DNA of 64,000 nt from positions 113,881 through 177,880 of IMG/VR virus record IMGVR_UViG_3300035670_013228. The stretch is one strand, 5' to 3'. Positions 29,060 to 37,778 of this stretch are shown here, in pieces. The notes under the pieces are model-generated. The model ran no database searches. It had not been told where the DNA came from and saw only the letters and a list, made by a program, of their open reading frames with translations. The DNA comes from a virus. Every line of letters starts with the position of its first letter. Position 1 is the first letter of the stretch. The position numbers and the translations under genes are program-made.

Positions 29060-29929
29060 TTATTGTTTATCAAATTTTACGGTTTTTAAAGCTTGGTCAA
29101 ATATATTTTGTATAGAATTTTCTGGTATTCTTGATTTAAAGTATGAGAAAATTTGCTTTATCATTTCGTGGTCTGGATCTTGAGTTAATTCCAACCATCC
29201 AATAAAATAATTCCATATTCTATCTTCAAGTATTAGTGGATATTTTACACCAAGCGGTCTTCCAAATCTATGTACCCATCCAAGTTGTGGCAAGCATATA
29301 TTTTTGCCACCATTTCTTCTAAATTTTTCTGCTATATATCCTTCTTCTCCACCAAATCCTTTAAAGTGTTCACATATTCCCGGCCAGTTTTTCTTTTCAA
29401 AAGAACACAAACCCATACCATGCATTAGTATCTCAAATGGTTTATTAGATTTATATTTTTCATGATCAGTAGCCCATGTTCCGTACATATCTCCGCTCCA
29501 ATTAGGATCAAAATGAGTAGAAAAATTTTTTAGATCATCATAAATCAACGGACCTTGTATCAAGTTCTTACAATCCGTATTTTCTGCATAATAATTTAAT
29601 AATGAATTAATAGCATCTTTAACTAATAAAATATGACAATCAATAATAAGAATATATTTTCCAATAGCGTGTTTTACTATTTCATATTTGTTAAAACTAG
29701 AATTTTTATCTGTTTTTGGTAAATATTTTCCCAGTTGATTTAATCCGTTTTCAACAAATTTTTTTGTAACTTTCCCGCTTTCGCTATTTGAATTATTGTC
29801 TAATATAATATATTCTACAGAATCTGTGTTACAGATTTCATGATACATTCTTAAACTTTGTATTGTAAAAAATACTCCATCATAATCATCGTATGTTGCC
29901 ATGCCAATTGTTAATAATTTTTGATTCAT
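29060..29929 (-). CDS. glycosyltransferase family 2
   Basis: LTIGMATYDD, IILDN, IIDCHIL and GFGGEEGY. Confidence 0.85.
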   Translation of the reverse strand: MNQKLLTIGMATYDDYDGVFFTIQSLRMYHEICNTDSVEYIILDNNSNSESGKVTKKFVENGLNQLGKYLPKTDKNSSFNKYEIVKHAIGKYILIIDCHILLVKDAINSLLNYYAENTDCKNLIQGPLIYDDLKNFSTHFDPNWSGDMYGTWATDHEKYKSNKPFEILMHGMGLCSFEKKNWPGICEHFKGFGGEEGYIAEKFRRNGGKNICLPQLGWVHRFGRPLGVKYPLILEDRIWNYFIGWLELTQDPDHEMIKQIFSYFKSRIPENSIQNIFDQALKTVKFDKQ

Positions 29930-29932
29930 AAA

Positions 29933-30427
29933 TTATCTTTTATTTAAATATGGATATTCTACATTCGGTATAGATTTATTTAAATAATTACACAATTTAT
30001 CCCACTTGTTCGTGTCATTAAGATATAATACTAATAAATCATTTGGTCTATTTTTGAAATAGTTCGTTACAAAATCGTGATAATTGTCGTATGCGTCTAG
30101 AAATTTGTTTCTGTCAAAAACTATAGTTTTGTATAATATCGCCCTGCCCTCTAGTAACCAAAGAGGATCGTTGTGATTACGAACCAAAGATGCGGCGCTG
30201 TCTATCCAATTGTATTTGTCTCTGGTTGTAAGTATAAACTTGCTATTAGGATAAAAAATGTCTAGTATGGGAAATCTTGCGGCAACAGGAGTATCTGTGC
30301 TAGCATCATAATTTTCTATGTCGTGATAACTCATAGGAAGATGCTTGGCGGAATAGCCTAATATTCTCAACGCTTCTGTTAGCGATGTTGTACCTGTTCG
30401 TGTTAGTCCGATACCAAATATTTTCAT
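29933..30427 (-). CDS. sulfotransferase (P-loop, Sulfotransfer_4-like)
   Basis: KIFGIGLTRTGTTSL, KFILTTRD...W..S and WDKLCNYL. Start reassigned to 30427. Confidence 0.88.
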   Translation of the reverse strand: MKIFGIGLTRTGTTSLTEALRILGYSAKHLPMSYHDIENYDASTDTPVAARFPILDIFYPNSKFILTTRDKYNWIDSAASLVRNHNDPLWLLEGRAILYKTIVFDRNKFLDAYDNYHDFVTNYFKNRPNDLLVLYLNDTNKWDKLCNYLNKSIPNVEYPYLNKR

Positions 30428-30999
30428 ACCAACTTGGAACCTTCTGGCACACAAAATCCAAACATAAACATTATTCTTGGAGATTCTCCATGACACTGGT
30501 CTACGCTGTGGTAAAGATCCGTTACAAGGTATGCCATCAAGTCTCCGGGATTCATTTGATAAGTTTTGTCTTGTACATGAATTAATCCGCCACTTTCTGG
30601 TACGCTTGAAAGTATATTGAATCTTGCTCCGCTCAAACCTTCTCCAACACTAGGATCTTTATGTTTATAAACATCTCCATCGTTATAGGTTACACTAACA
30701 ACCACTCCATCTTTGCCGTGACCGTCAATAACTGGAGCATCAGATATTTTAGCAAAATCATTCTTGAGTCTTTTTTGGATAGTGTATACAGTTTCGCAAT
30801 AATTTATGTTTGTACTCATTCTGTTGGTGAGTCGTGTTTTTACTCTTGTAAATTCTTTAGTGTCCCAATTTCCACTCACGCCATCGACAAATTGGTTCTC
30901 TTCTACGGCTTCCATGGCCCACTTTGTTAATAAATCGCACTCTTCCTTGGTTGCGTAATTTCTTACTACAACAACCTGACCGTCGTATTGTATTTCCAT
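30424..30999 (-). CDS. 2OG-Fe(II) oxygenase, prolyl-4-hydroxylase-like
   Basis: YKHKD...GG...LYHSV...RIM. GGAG RBS before ATG 30999. Confidence 0.85.
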   Translation of the reverse strand: MEIQYDGQVVVVRNYATKEECDLLTKWAMEAVEENQFVDGVSGNWDTKEFTRVKTRLTNRMSTNINYCETVYTIQKRLKNDFAKISDAPVIDGHGKDGVVVSVTYNDGDVYKHKDPSVGEGLSGARFNILSSVPESGGLIHVQDKTYQMNPGDLMAYLVTDLYHSVDQCHGESPRIMFMFGFCVPEGSKLV

Positions 31000-31000
31000 A

Positions 31001-32101
31001 TTAATGCTCCAGAAATAAACAGTTAACATCGCTACTATCGCTCGGGCCAAAAACATAACCCAGCGGCACATTACCATTCATCAATCGTCTTGGAAGTCGT
31101 GAGTTGCTGAACAAGTAAATATCTCGTAATCTGCCTAGCGTGTGATTAGAGGCATATGATCTAAAAACTATTGGTACTTTTACCAATCGTCCAGATCTTG
31201 TAAATAAAGACAATGAAGATACAAGACCGGAGATATCTGACCAAAAGTTTCTTGCTTGATTTGCGTCATTATACCAAGTTAGTGGAATAATTCTCATGGA
31301 ACTTGAAGTATTTGGCTGAAATATAACGCTTTTTATTGATGATAGTTGATTTGTATTAAGAGCTATACTAGTACTATTTTGTTTTACACTTTCTAACCAA
31401 TTACTACTAAAAGTGTTGATAATAGTACCATATAATTTACCATCACTCTCACTGTCCAGTGTTGTGTCGGGACTTTCAGGATCAATTATTGCTCCTGCAA
31501 GTAGGAAATAATTTTGTGAACCCACAAACGCCACCGCCAAACAATCACTTGACTCATAAACATAAACGCTTCCTGTGAATCCTGAACTGGTTGTAACTAA
31601 AGTTTTATAATATCCGTAAAAAGAACCACTAGTAAAAGGATTAACAGCGGTCCAGTGAGAATAATTTCCGGGGTTTTTTATGATGGTGGAAAAAATTGAT
31701 AGATGACCACCGTTTGCCTTGTAAGATCCCAAAACCCAATAACTCCCCCCTTTACCGCTGCTAAAACCATCTTCTCCAGTTGCTATTGTTGGTAGTCTGC
31801 TTGCTCCGTTGGGAAGTGATGTTGCTGCATTAGCAGCAGTATCTATCCCAGCAGTATCCGCACACAACACTATTTTGTTGTTTATGGTGCGCACAGAAGG
31901 ATCAATATGTAATACTCTGGTTGTGCCGCTAGAAACAAGGTTATATGTTCCGGCGGAACCACTACCGGGAGTTCTTGCTGAACCATCAGGATAGGTCGTG
32001 CCTAATCCCAAATTATATATTCCGTCTATAATTGTTGTTGTGGTTGCTGCACTACAAGATACAACTCCCAAATATCTCCATTGTGTTTTTGGTAAACTCA
32101 T
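31001..32101 (-). CDS. probable structural protein
   Basis: S/T/G-rich beta-type composition within the structural block. Confidence 0.5.
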   Translation of the reverse strand: MSLPKTQWRYLGVVSCSAATTTTIIDGIYNLGLGTTYPDGSARTPGSGSAGTYNLVSSGTTRVLHIDPSVRTINNKIVLCADTAGIDTAANAATSLPNGASRLPTIATGEDGFSSGKGGSYWVLGSYKANGGHLSIFSTIIKNPGNYSHWTAVNPFTSGSFYGYYKTLVTTSSGFTGSVYVYESSDCLAVAFVGSQNYFLLAGAIIDPESPDTTLDSESDGKLYGTIINTFSSNWLESVKQNSTSIALNTNQLSSIKSVIFQPNTSSSMRIIPLTWYNDANQARNFWSDISGLVSSLSLFTRSGRLVKVPIVFRSYASNHTLGRLRDIYLFSNSRLPRRLMNGNVPLGYVFGPSDSSDVNCLFLEH

Positions 32102-32298
32102 GATAATACTCCTGTAGAAGTTATGTGTTCTGAAAATGTAGTCATAAGATTATCTCCCAATCCAGCCTGTGTATAATAGTTGGAAGATAAAATCTTGGGC
32201 GAATTAGGCTCATAAAAAGAGTTAGGATAGTTTCCACCTAATATGTAACTATTAATATCTTTTAACTTAAACAAACCATTGCTATTATTTTTATTCAT
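32098..32298 (-). CDS. 66-aa protein sharing an N-terminal module with the LamG protein
   Basis: NGLFKLKDINSYILGGNYP versus NGIYSLNAINDAIIQGQYP. Confidence 0.55.
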   Translation of the reverse strand: MNKNNSNGLFKLKDINSYILGGNYPNSFYEPNSPKILSSNYYTQAGLGDNLMTTFSEHITSTGVLS

Positions 32299-32848
32299 TC
32301 TTTAACCTCTCATAAAGAGATATATCATCGGCAAAATAAGCTTGAACTCTAACTAATTCTTCGGGGGTTAATGTTGGCTTGTTCTGTTCGCCATTTAATT
32401 CTGGTAGGGGCAAATCTAGACCAAGATAAGCGGCGCAATCATTTAGTTGAGTTTCAAAAAGAAAATATTTAGCCAAAGGAGCATCTAGTAGCCCCATGCT
32501 TTTTAGTGTCCAAACATGAACATTATCCATATGACTATCCAAAACTTCTGTGGGACTTTTCATTAATCTAGCACATGAACTAGCGAATCTTTCCACAGGA
32601 TTTCGTACCATCACAGCAAATTCTTTGGTTAAAAACTCTTTTGGTTCGTGACTCATATCAATAATGTTGGGCAGATTCATTACTGGATGCCATCTATCCT
32701 CTGTATTTACAAACGGCCAATTACCGCCGTCTTGAGGCAATTCTGGATAGTATTTGCTTAGTATGCTTTTGAATAGAGCATGACTACCACTTCGTGTTAC
32801 CAGAGCCACACCCACATTACCATTGTGCCATAAAACGCCTTTGCTCAT
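32291..32848 (-). CDS. sulfotransferase family 2-like protein
   Basis: VTRSGSHAL (5'-PSB-like) and VRNPVERFASS (3'-PB). Confidence 0.8.
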   Translation of the reverse strand: MSKGVLWHNGNVGVALVTRSGSHALFKSILSKYYPELPQDGGNWPFVNTEDRWHPVMNLPNIIDMSHEPKEFLTKEFAVMVRNPVERFASSCARLMKSPTEVLDSHMDNVHVWTLKSMGLLDAPLAKYFLFETQLNDCAAYLGLDLPLPELNGEQNKPTLTPEELVRVQAYFADDISLYERLKNE

Positions 32849-32865
32849 AATATTCTCCTTTTTAG

Positions 32866-34533
32866 TTAACTATTTAAAATGTATGATAATTGTTCTGTTG
32901 GTACTGTTACGCTTGTTAATCCGGGTTTGTTGTTAATAATAAATTCATCTATATATCCAGAATAGTAGTTTAGGTTTTGAAATCTCCAAAATATAGGATA
33001 ATTATATGATAATAAAGTACCATAAGCTTCATTAGCTCCATATCGAGGAGTAATACCAATAACCATTGTGCTATTCTCTGCGGCAAGATTGCTAGATGAT
33101 GATCCTGTTGCTACTTGATTTCCATTTAAGAAAAGTCTAAGAGTATTATTATTTCTAGATACATGTATATGATGCCAAGTATTAGCACTTACCAAGTTGT
33201 TAGCGCTTCGTATAGTAGTATTACCTATAGTAAATGCTACTGATCCATTGTTGGGATTTTGAAATCCGCTCTTAGTACTATATGTTCCACCACCAACTCT
33301 AAGATATGAAGAATAAGCAGTAGTAACAAAATTAGGATTGATTTGCGCAAAATCATTGATAAAAAATATAGGACATTCGCTAACAACTGAAGGTTTGATC
33401 CAAACGCTAATGTTAAAATCACCAGTAATAGATTTAGGATCCATTAGTATTTGTTGATATGAATTGTTTAAATATAATGATGAAGATCCAAACTTTTTAT
33501 CATTAGAAACTACTGTCGTGTTGCTGAATATATATTCGTTTCGTTCTGTTAAATCTTTTTGTCCTCCTCCAACAGTATCTAAAACTTCATTTTCAAAATT
33601 ATTATAGAATAGTATGCTTGGCGTTGGTTCACTTGCAAATTCTGTGTCTGGTGGCGTAAAATTAGAAGTATATTTTGCAATATTATTTGTAAACATTACT
33701 TCATCGCCAAAAAAAGTATTACTACCCGTTACACCCGTAAATAGAGATACATTGCTATAATTTATATTAGATGTTTTTAAATATCCTCTTTGCGTATTTC
33801 TGCCATCTTCAGACCAATTAAGTAAGTTCCTTACGGGGTAATTACTACTTGAAGTATCAATAGAAGTATTAGGAACAAAGTTTAAAATATTAACACCATC
33901 TAAAAATACTCTATAAGTATTATTTTGTTTTACTAATGCGATATGTTGCCAAACATTAGTGTTTAATGCAGAAGATGATTCTGAACTTATATTTGAGGTT
34001 ATATTCAGACTGCTGCCAGGACTGCTAATACTTCTATTAATTCTTAATTTACCATTGCTTCCAAAGTATAAAGCAATATAATTTCCACTACCAAAATCAC
34101 TATCGGCTATAACAAAAATATTTCCAGTACCACCAAGCGCTGTCAGATATATCCAGCCTTCGATTGTAAAGTTGTTATCTCCTATGTTAATAGGTTCACC
34201 ACGCATAAATATACCATCATTGTTTCTATAACTAGAAACATTATTATTACTATAACACGAAGATCCAAACTTAGATCTAGTATTTACAACTGATCCGTCC
34301 CCCGTGGTTCCTGTCTTTGTACTGAATCTTGATGTTGCAAACCAACGTCTTTTATTAACACTATTATAGTATGTTCTTGATCCATTACTTTCTTCAAACT
34401 TTAATAAAAATTCAACAACAGGATCTCCTTCAACAATATCTTGTAATGAACCGGGATATTGACCTTGTATAATAGCATCATTAATAGCATTTAACGAATA
34501 AATACCATTAGCACCTTTTTTTGAACTATTCAT
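32866..34533 (-). CDS. tandem LamG/concanavalin-A-like domain virion protein
   Basis: Two repeats with KFGSS, FTIEGWIY / FNISVWIK, WQHIALVK / WHHIHVSR, FLDG / FLNG and GYIDEF. Confidence 0.9.
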   Translation of the reverse strand: MNSSKKGANGIYSLNAINDAIIQGQYPGSLQDIVEGDPVVEFLLKFEESNGSRTYYNSVNKRRWFATSRFSTKTGTTGDGSVVNTRSKFGSSCYSNNNVSSYRNNDGIFMRGEPINIGDNNFTIEGWIYLTALGGTGNIFVIADSDFGSGNYIALYFGSNGKLRINRSISSPGSSLNITSNISSESSSALNTNVWQHIALVKQNNTYRVFLDGVNILNFVPNTSIDTSSSNYPVRNLLNWSEDGRNTQRGYLKTSNINYSNVSLFTGVTGSNTFFGDEVMFTNNIAKYTSNFTPPDTEFASEPTPSILFYNNFENEVLDTVGGGQKDLTERNEYIFSNTTVVSNDKKFGSSSLYLNNSYQQILMDPKSITGDFNISVWIKPSVVSECPIFFINDFAQINPNFVTTAYSSYLRVGGGTYSTKSGFQNPNNGSVAFTIGNTTIRSANNLVSANTWHHIHVSRNNNTLRLFLNGNQVATGSSSSNLAAENSTMVIGITPRYGANEAYGTLLSYNYPIFWRFQNLNYYSGYIDEFIINNKPGLTSVTVPTEQLSYILNS

Positions 34534-34892
34534 TAACTAATCCTTTCATAACTAACAAAACCACTCAAATCACCACTAACACTGGCGGTTAGTCGTAAAC
34601 TCTGATTTTCAGTAATATAGATGGGAGTTTCAACAGTCACAATATTAACAGTACCACCAGCACCAACATTTAATCCTTTGGTAAGATAACTCAAAACCTC
34701 TGATCCGCTGTATACATCAGCAGTTACTGATGCTGTATTTGTTCCATCAATATTACTTACATAAAGACTATTTATTTTTAAAACTTGATTACTTGAACAA
34801 GTTACTATACCACTAGCAGTAGTAGGAATATCAGCTATACTAGCATTTTCGCCCAATACCGTTGTTAAACTTTTAAGATTTACGTTAGCCAT
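34533..34892 (-). CDS. small beta-rich probable structural protein
   Basis: KINSLYVSNIDGTN...PIYITENQSLR...SYERIS pattern, common in aquatic phage structural blocks (from recall). Confidence 0.55.
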   Translation of the reverse strand: MANVNLKSLTTVLGENASIADIPTTASGIVTCSSNQVLKINSLYVSNIDGTNTASVTADVYSGSEVLSYLTKGLNVGAGGTVNIVTVETPIYITENQSLRLTASVSGDLSGFVSYERIS

Positions 34893-34905
34893 ACTTTTCT
34901 CCTTT

Positions 34906-36000
34906 TTATAATAGATCGTATTCTAAATCGTATATGTCATTATTAATACTATCAATGTAGGTCAAATCTAAAATTTTGTAAACATAACTAAATGTTGCTG
35001 GCGGTAATGTTGTTGTTGTTGTTGTTGTTGGTTCTGGAGTTGTGGTGGTAGTTGTTGGCGCTGGCGTGGTTGTGGTCGAAACTACCGTTGCTGATTCTTG
35101 AGCTATTTGATTTGCTATATTAGATATTGTTGTGGTTTTGTTTTCTGTTACACTTCCAATATTTTCTAATATTTTTTTTGTAAAAACTATAGAAGAAAAT
35201 GTATTACCTTTTGAGAATTCTTCTATATCTTTATTTATTATTGACGTTGTATTATTAGAAATAATATCAATTTCATTTGTTTGTTCTTGTGTTAATTGTT
35301 GATTGTTATTTAAGTTAAGAACTTGTTTTTTAGACTCAACTAAGATAGTATTAGTTTTTTGATTAAAAAATTCTGTTGGATTTAATCTTATAGTATTATC
35401 TTCTATAATTGTTTTAGCAATTGATGAAAAAACATTACTTTCGGTAGTTTCTAATGCTGTTTTTGCAATCAAAACAACAGAAGATAATTTTCTATTTGTT
35501 TCGTATGCATTATTTATTGTATTAGAAAACGTAAATTCATCGTTTCCATTTGGATTAATATAATTTGTTAGATCAAATCCAAAAAGATTTTGAATACGAT
35601 TAATAGGATTATTTTCTCCAAGTCTAACAATTTCATTATAAATAGTAGAAATAGCAGAAAATATAATTCTATTATTAATTTTGTTTGAATTATAAAGATA
35701 TGTATATCTAAACTCTATGGGTTGATTTGTTTCTGTGTCTATTGATAAATTATTGCTATTAACTACAAAATAATCAGGACTTAATTGTATAATTTGATTA
35801 ATTTCATTTTGTGATAAAATCAAATTACTTCCACTAACGGTTTTACTAAATCCTATTGAATTATTATTTTTTACCATTCCAAATGTAAAATTAGAAATCG
35901 TGGATCCTTCAATCAAAATAGATGGAGTACTAGTCCTTCTAACTTTAGCAACTCCGTTTACCATTAATAATTTATTAGTATTAATTTTAAATGATGTCAT
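34906..36000 (-). CDS. probable structural protein with Thr/Pro-rich linker
   Basis: N-terminal FKINTNKL...NGVAKVR module; TTTTPAPTTTTTTPEPTTTTTTT near the C-terminus. Confidence 0.6.
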   Translation of the reverse strand: MTSFKINTNKLLMVNGVAKVRRTSTPSILIEGSTISNFTFGMVKNNNSIGFSKTVSGSNLILSQNEINQIIQLSPDYFVVNSNNLSIDTETNQPIEFRYTYLYNSNKINNRIIFSAISTIYNEIVRLGENNPINRIQNLFGFDLTNYINPNGNDEFTFSNTINNAYETNRKLSSVVLIAKTALETTESNVFSSIAKTIIEDNTIRLNPTEFFNQKTNTILVESKKQVLNLNNNQQLTQEQTNEIDIISNNTTSIINKDIEEFSKGNTFSSIVFTKKILENIGSVTENKTTTISNIANQIAQESATVVSTTTTPAPTTTTTTPEPTTTTTTTLPPATFSYVYKILDLTYIDSINNDIYDLEYDLL

Positions 36001-36200
36001 AATTTAAATCTTAGAGAGTTACTCAACCTGTTATGCTGTATTATACACTACTACATTTGTATATTTTTTTAATTTTCATTGTACCGTTATTATTGAATAT
36101 TTTATTAACTTTGACCTTAAACTTTGCTAATATTTCTGATATAGTTGTAAACCATCAGTTACAATACAATTATGTGACATGATTTAAATCTTAGAGAGTT
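35995..36200. repeat. 26-bp direct repeat pair (35995-36020 and 36175-36200), 2 mismatches, 180 bp apart
   Basis: tgtcataatttaaatcttagagagtt versus tgacatgatttaaatcttagagagtt. Confidence 0.9.
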
Positions 36201-36394
36201 CCTGAGCCTATTGTATAGTATGTTATATCATCAAATCGTTCATCATATTTATTTTCAATATCAGCAATAACTGGTTTATTATAAACGTTAGAATTTTGAT
36301 ATTGAAAACTATTTGTAAAAGGAGACGGGGCCACTACAAGAGTGCCATGTTTGATAGATGTGCCGCTTTTTGCTAAAGTTATATCGTTTGCCAT
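36191..36394 (-). CDS. hypothetical 67-aa protein
   Basis: AAAGGG RBS; compact ORF in the structural block. Confidence 0.55.
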   Translation of the reverse strand: MANDITLAKSGTSIKHGTLVVAPSPFTNSFQYQNSNVYNKPVIADIENKYDERFDDITYYTIGSGTL

Positions 36395-36406
36395 ATTATA
36401 CCCTTT

Positions 36407-37375
36407 CTAACAAGAATAATTTGAAGCTACTGGACCGTTACCATTAGAATCTGCTGCTACACAAGTTGGATCTGTATCGCTTTGAGTAGCATAAACCCAG
36501 TATCCAGCATTAGTTCCGCCGCCTTTGTAATATGCCGCCTTGTGCCATTCATTTTCGGTGGGTAAATGATATTTAGCATCATTATTACTGGGTACAGCAT
36601 TTCCAGTAGTTCTTCCGTCTGGAATAGTGTATGCTCCACTTTCGGTACTGCCATTGCCTTTTCCGTTATGTAGCCAGTTGCAATATCGGGCACAGTCAAA
36701 CCAACTTACATAAGTTACTGGCTTGTTTCCCATGTTATTTTTAACACTATAAGTGTAACTACCACTAGAGCCGCTTCTAGTTATTCCGCCCCTAGCATGG
36801 ATATTCATATCGGTATTGTATAAATTGTAAGTGTCTATTGCTGCTACAGCATTTAAAAATTCAACATATTCACAGTTGGTAACAAGATATTGAGCTATAA
36901 CATACTCATAATTCACACCGCCATACCCAGTGCTGTGATTAGAGTTGTTAATATCATTAACAAGGGCAAAGTGTGGTAGATTTAAAGGATTAAGGGTAAC
37001 AAAACGACTTGATAGACGAAAACCGAGGCTGTCGTACTCGGCCGACGGGGCGAACGTGCTCCTGCTGGAGGACGACAAGTAGTACGCGATGTTGATCCAG
37101 GAGCCGCCCCGAAGCCCACGAGATGAACCTGTTGTATTATTTAAATCATTCCACTCATAAACTTGTCCACTTTGATCATATGTTCCATAAGCAGATGGTC
37201 CTCCATTAGAGCCAACCGTGGTAACATTACCGTCTTGGCCGTCCCAATCAGCACAAGAGTTAAAATTAGCACTATTAGGACCAGCACTAAAAGGCCCGGT
37301 AACATATGCTTGTTTTCTAACTTTAGCTACTCCATTTTGATATTTTAATTTGTTAGTATTAATTTTGAATAACAT
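36407..37375 (-). CDS. FGE-sulfatase (C-type-lectin-fold) domain protein, circularly permuted; putative DGR target
   Basis: GQVYEW, RGGSW and GFRL come before VTNCEYVEFLN, PVTYVSWFDCARYCNW and LPTENEWHKAA. Confidence 0.88.
   Translation of the reverse strand: MLFKINTNKLKYQNGVAKVRKQAYVTGPFSAGPNSANFNSCADWDGQDGNVTTVGSNGGPSAYGTYDQSGQVYEWNDLNNTTGSSRGLRGGSWINIAYYLSSSSRSTFAPSAEYDSLGFRLSSRFVTLNPLNLPHFALVNDINNSNHSTGYGGVNYEYVIAQYLVTNCEYVEFLNAVAAIDTYNLYNTDMNIHARGGITRSGSSGSYTYSVKNNMGNKPVTYVSWFDCARYCNWLHNGKGNGSTESGAYTIPDGRTTGNAVPSNNDAKYHLPTENEWHKAAYYKGGGTNAGYWVYATQSDTDPTCVAADSNGNGPVASNYSC
37016..37120 (-). other. DGR variable-repeat-like segment
   Basis: 65 G/C in 100 nt (37021-37120) versus about 35-38% in the flanks. 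29 consecutive codons end in G/C, with NNC codons at the expected variable positions. Confidence 0.75.
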
Positions 37376-37695
37376 TATGTTCTTTCTATTCTCTCTTCTA
37401 ATGCTTCTAGTGTTTTCCCTAATGTAACTAATTGAATTTTTAGTTCGTTCATAACTTCTGTGTTTCGTTGTAGTGCAGAAGCGAACGCTGCTTGACTTTC
37501 TTTATTAGCTGCTAATCTTTCCATAATAAATTGACGATCTTGAGAATACGGACTTTGAGTTTCTATCATATGTAAAACATCATTTTTTGTGGCCATATTT
37601 TTTCCTACAGTTACCCAAAATCCTATAAGCGTTACCACTATTCCGAAACTTGTGGTTGCTACTACTTGCCAAAAATCGATAAGATTTTCATTCAT
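37375..37695 (-). CDS. single-TM plus coiled-coil protein
   Basis: VVATTSFGIVVTLIGFWV followed by a heptad-rich tail. Confidence 0.6.
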   Translation of the reverse strand: MNENLIDFWQVVATTSFGIVVTLIGFWVTVGKNMATKNDVLHMIETQSPYSQDRQFIMERLAANKESQAAFASALQRNTEVMNELKIQLVTLGKTLEALEERIERT

Positions 37696-37712
37696 GATAA
37701 AATGTCTCCATA

Positions 37713-37747
37713 AGAAAAAAGCCAGAGATGCCTAAACACCTCTGGCT
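37713..37747 (-). terminator. Rho-independent terminator-like hairpin
   Basis: AGCCAGAGGTG-TTTAGG-CATCTCTGGCT followed by a T run on the minus strand. Confidence 0.75.
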
Positions 37748-37778
37748 CTCTATAAAAATATACACCTAACTTATATTA

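Noticed and set aside
35006-35080. (GTT)n microsatellite as a phase-variation or repeat element
   Set aside because: It is an in-frame Thr-codon run encoding a Thr/Pro linker.
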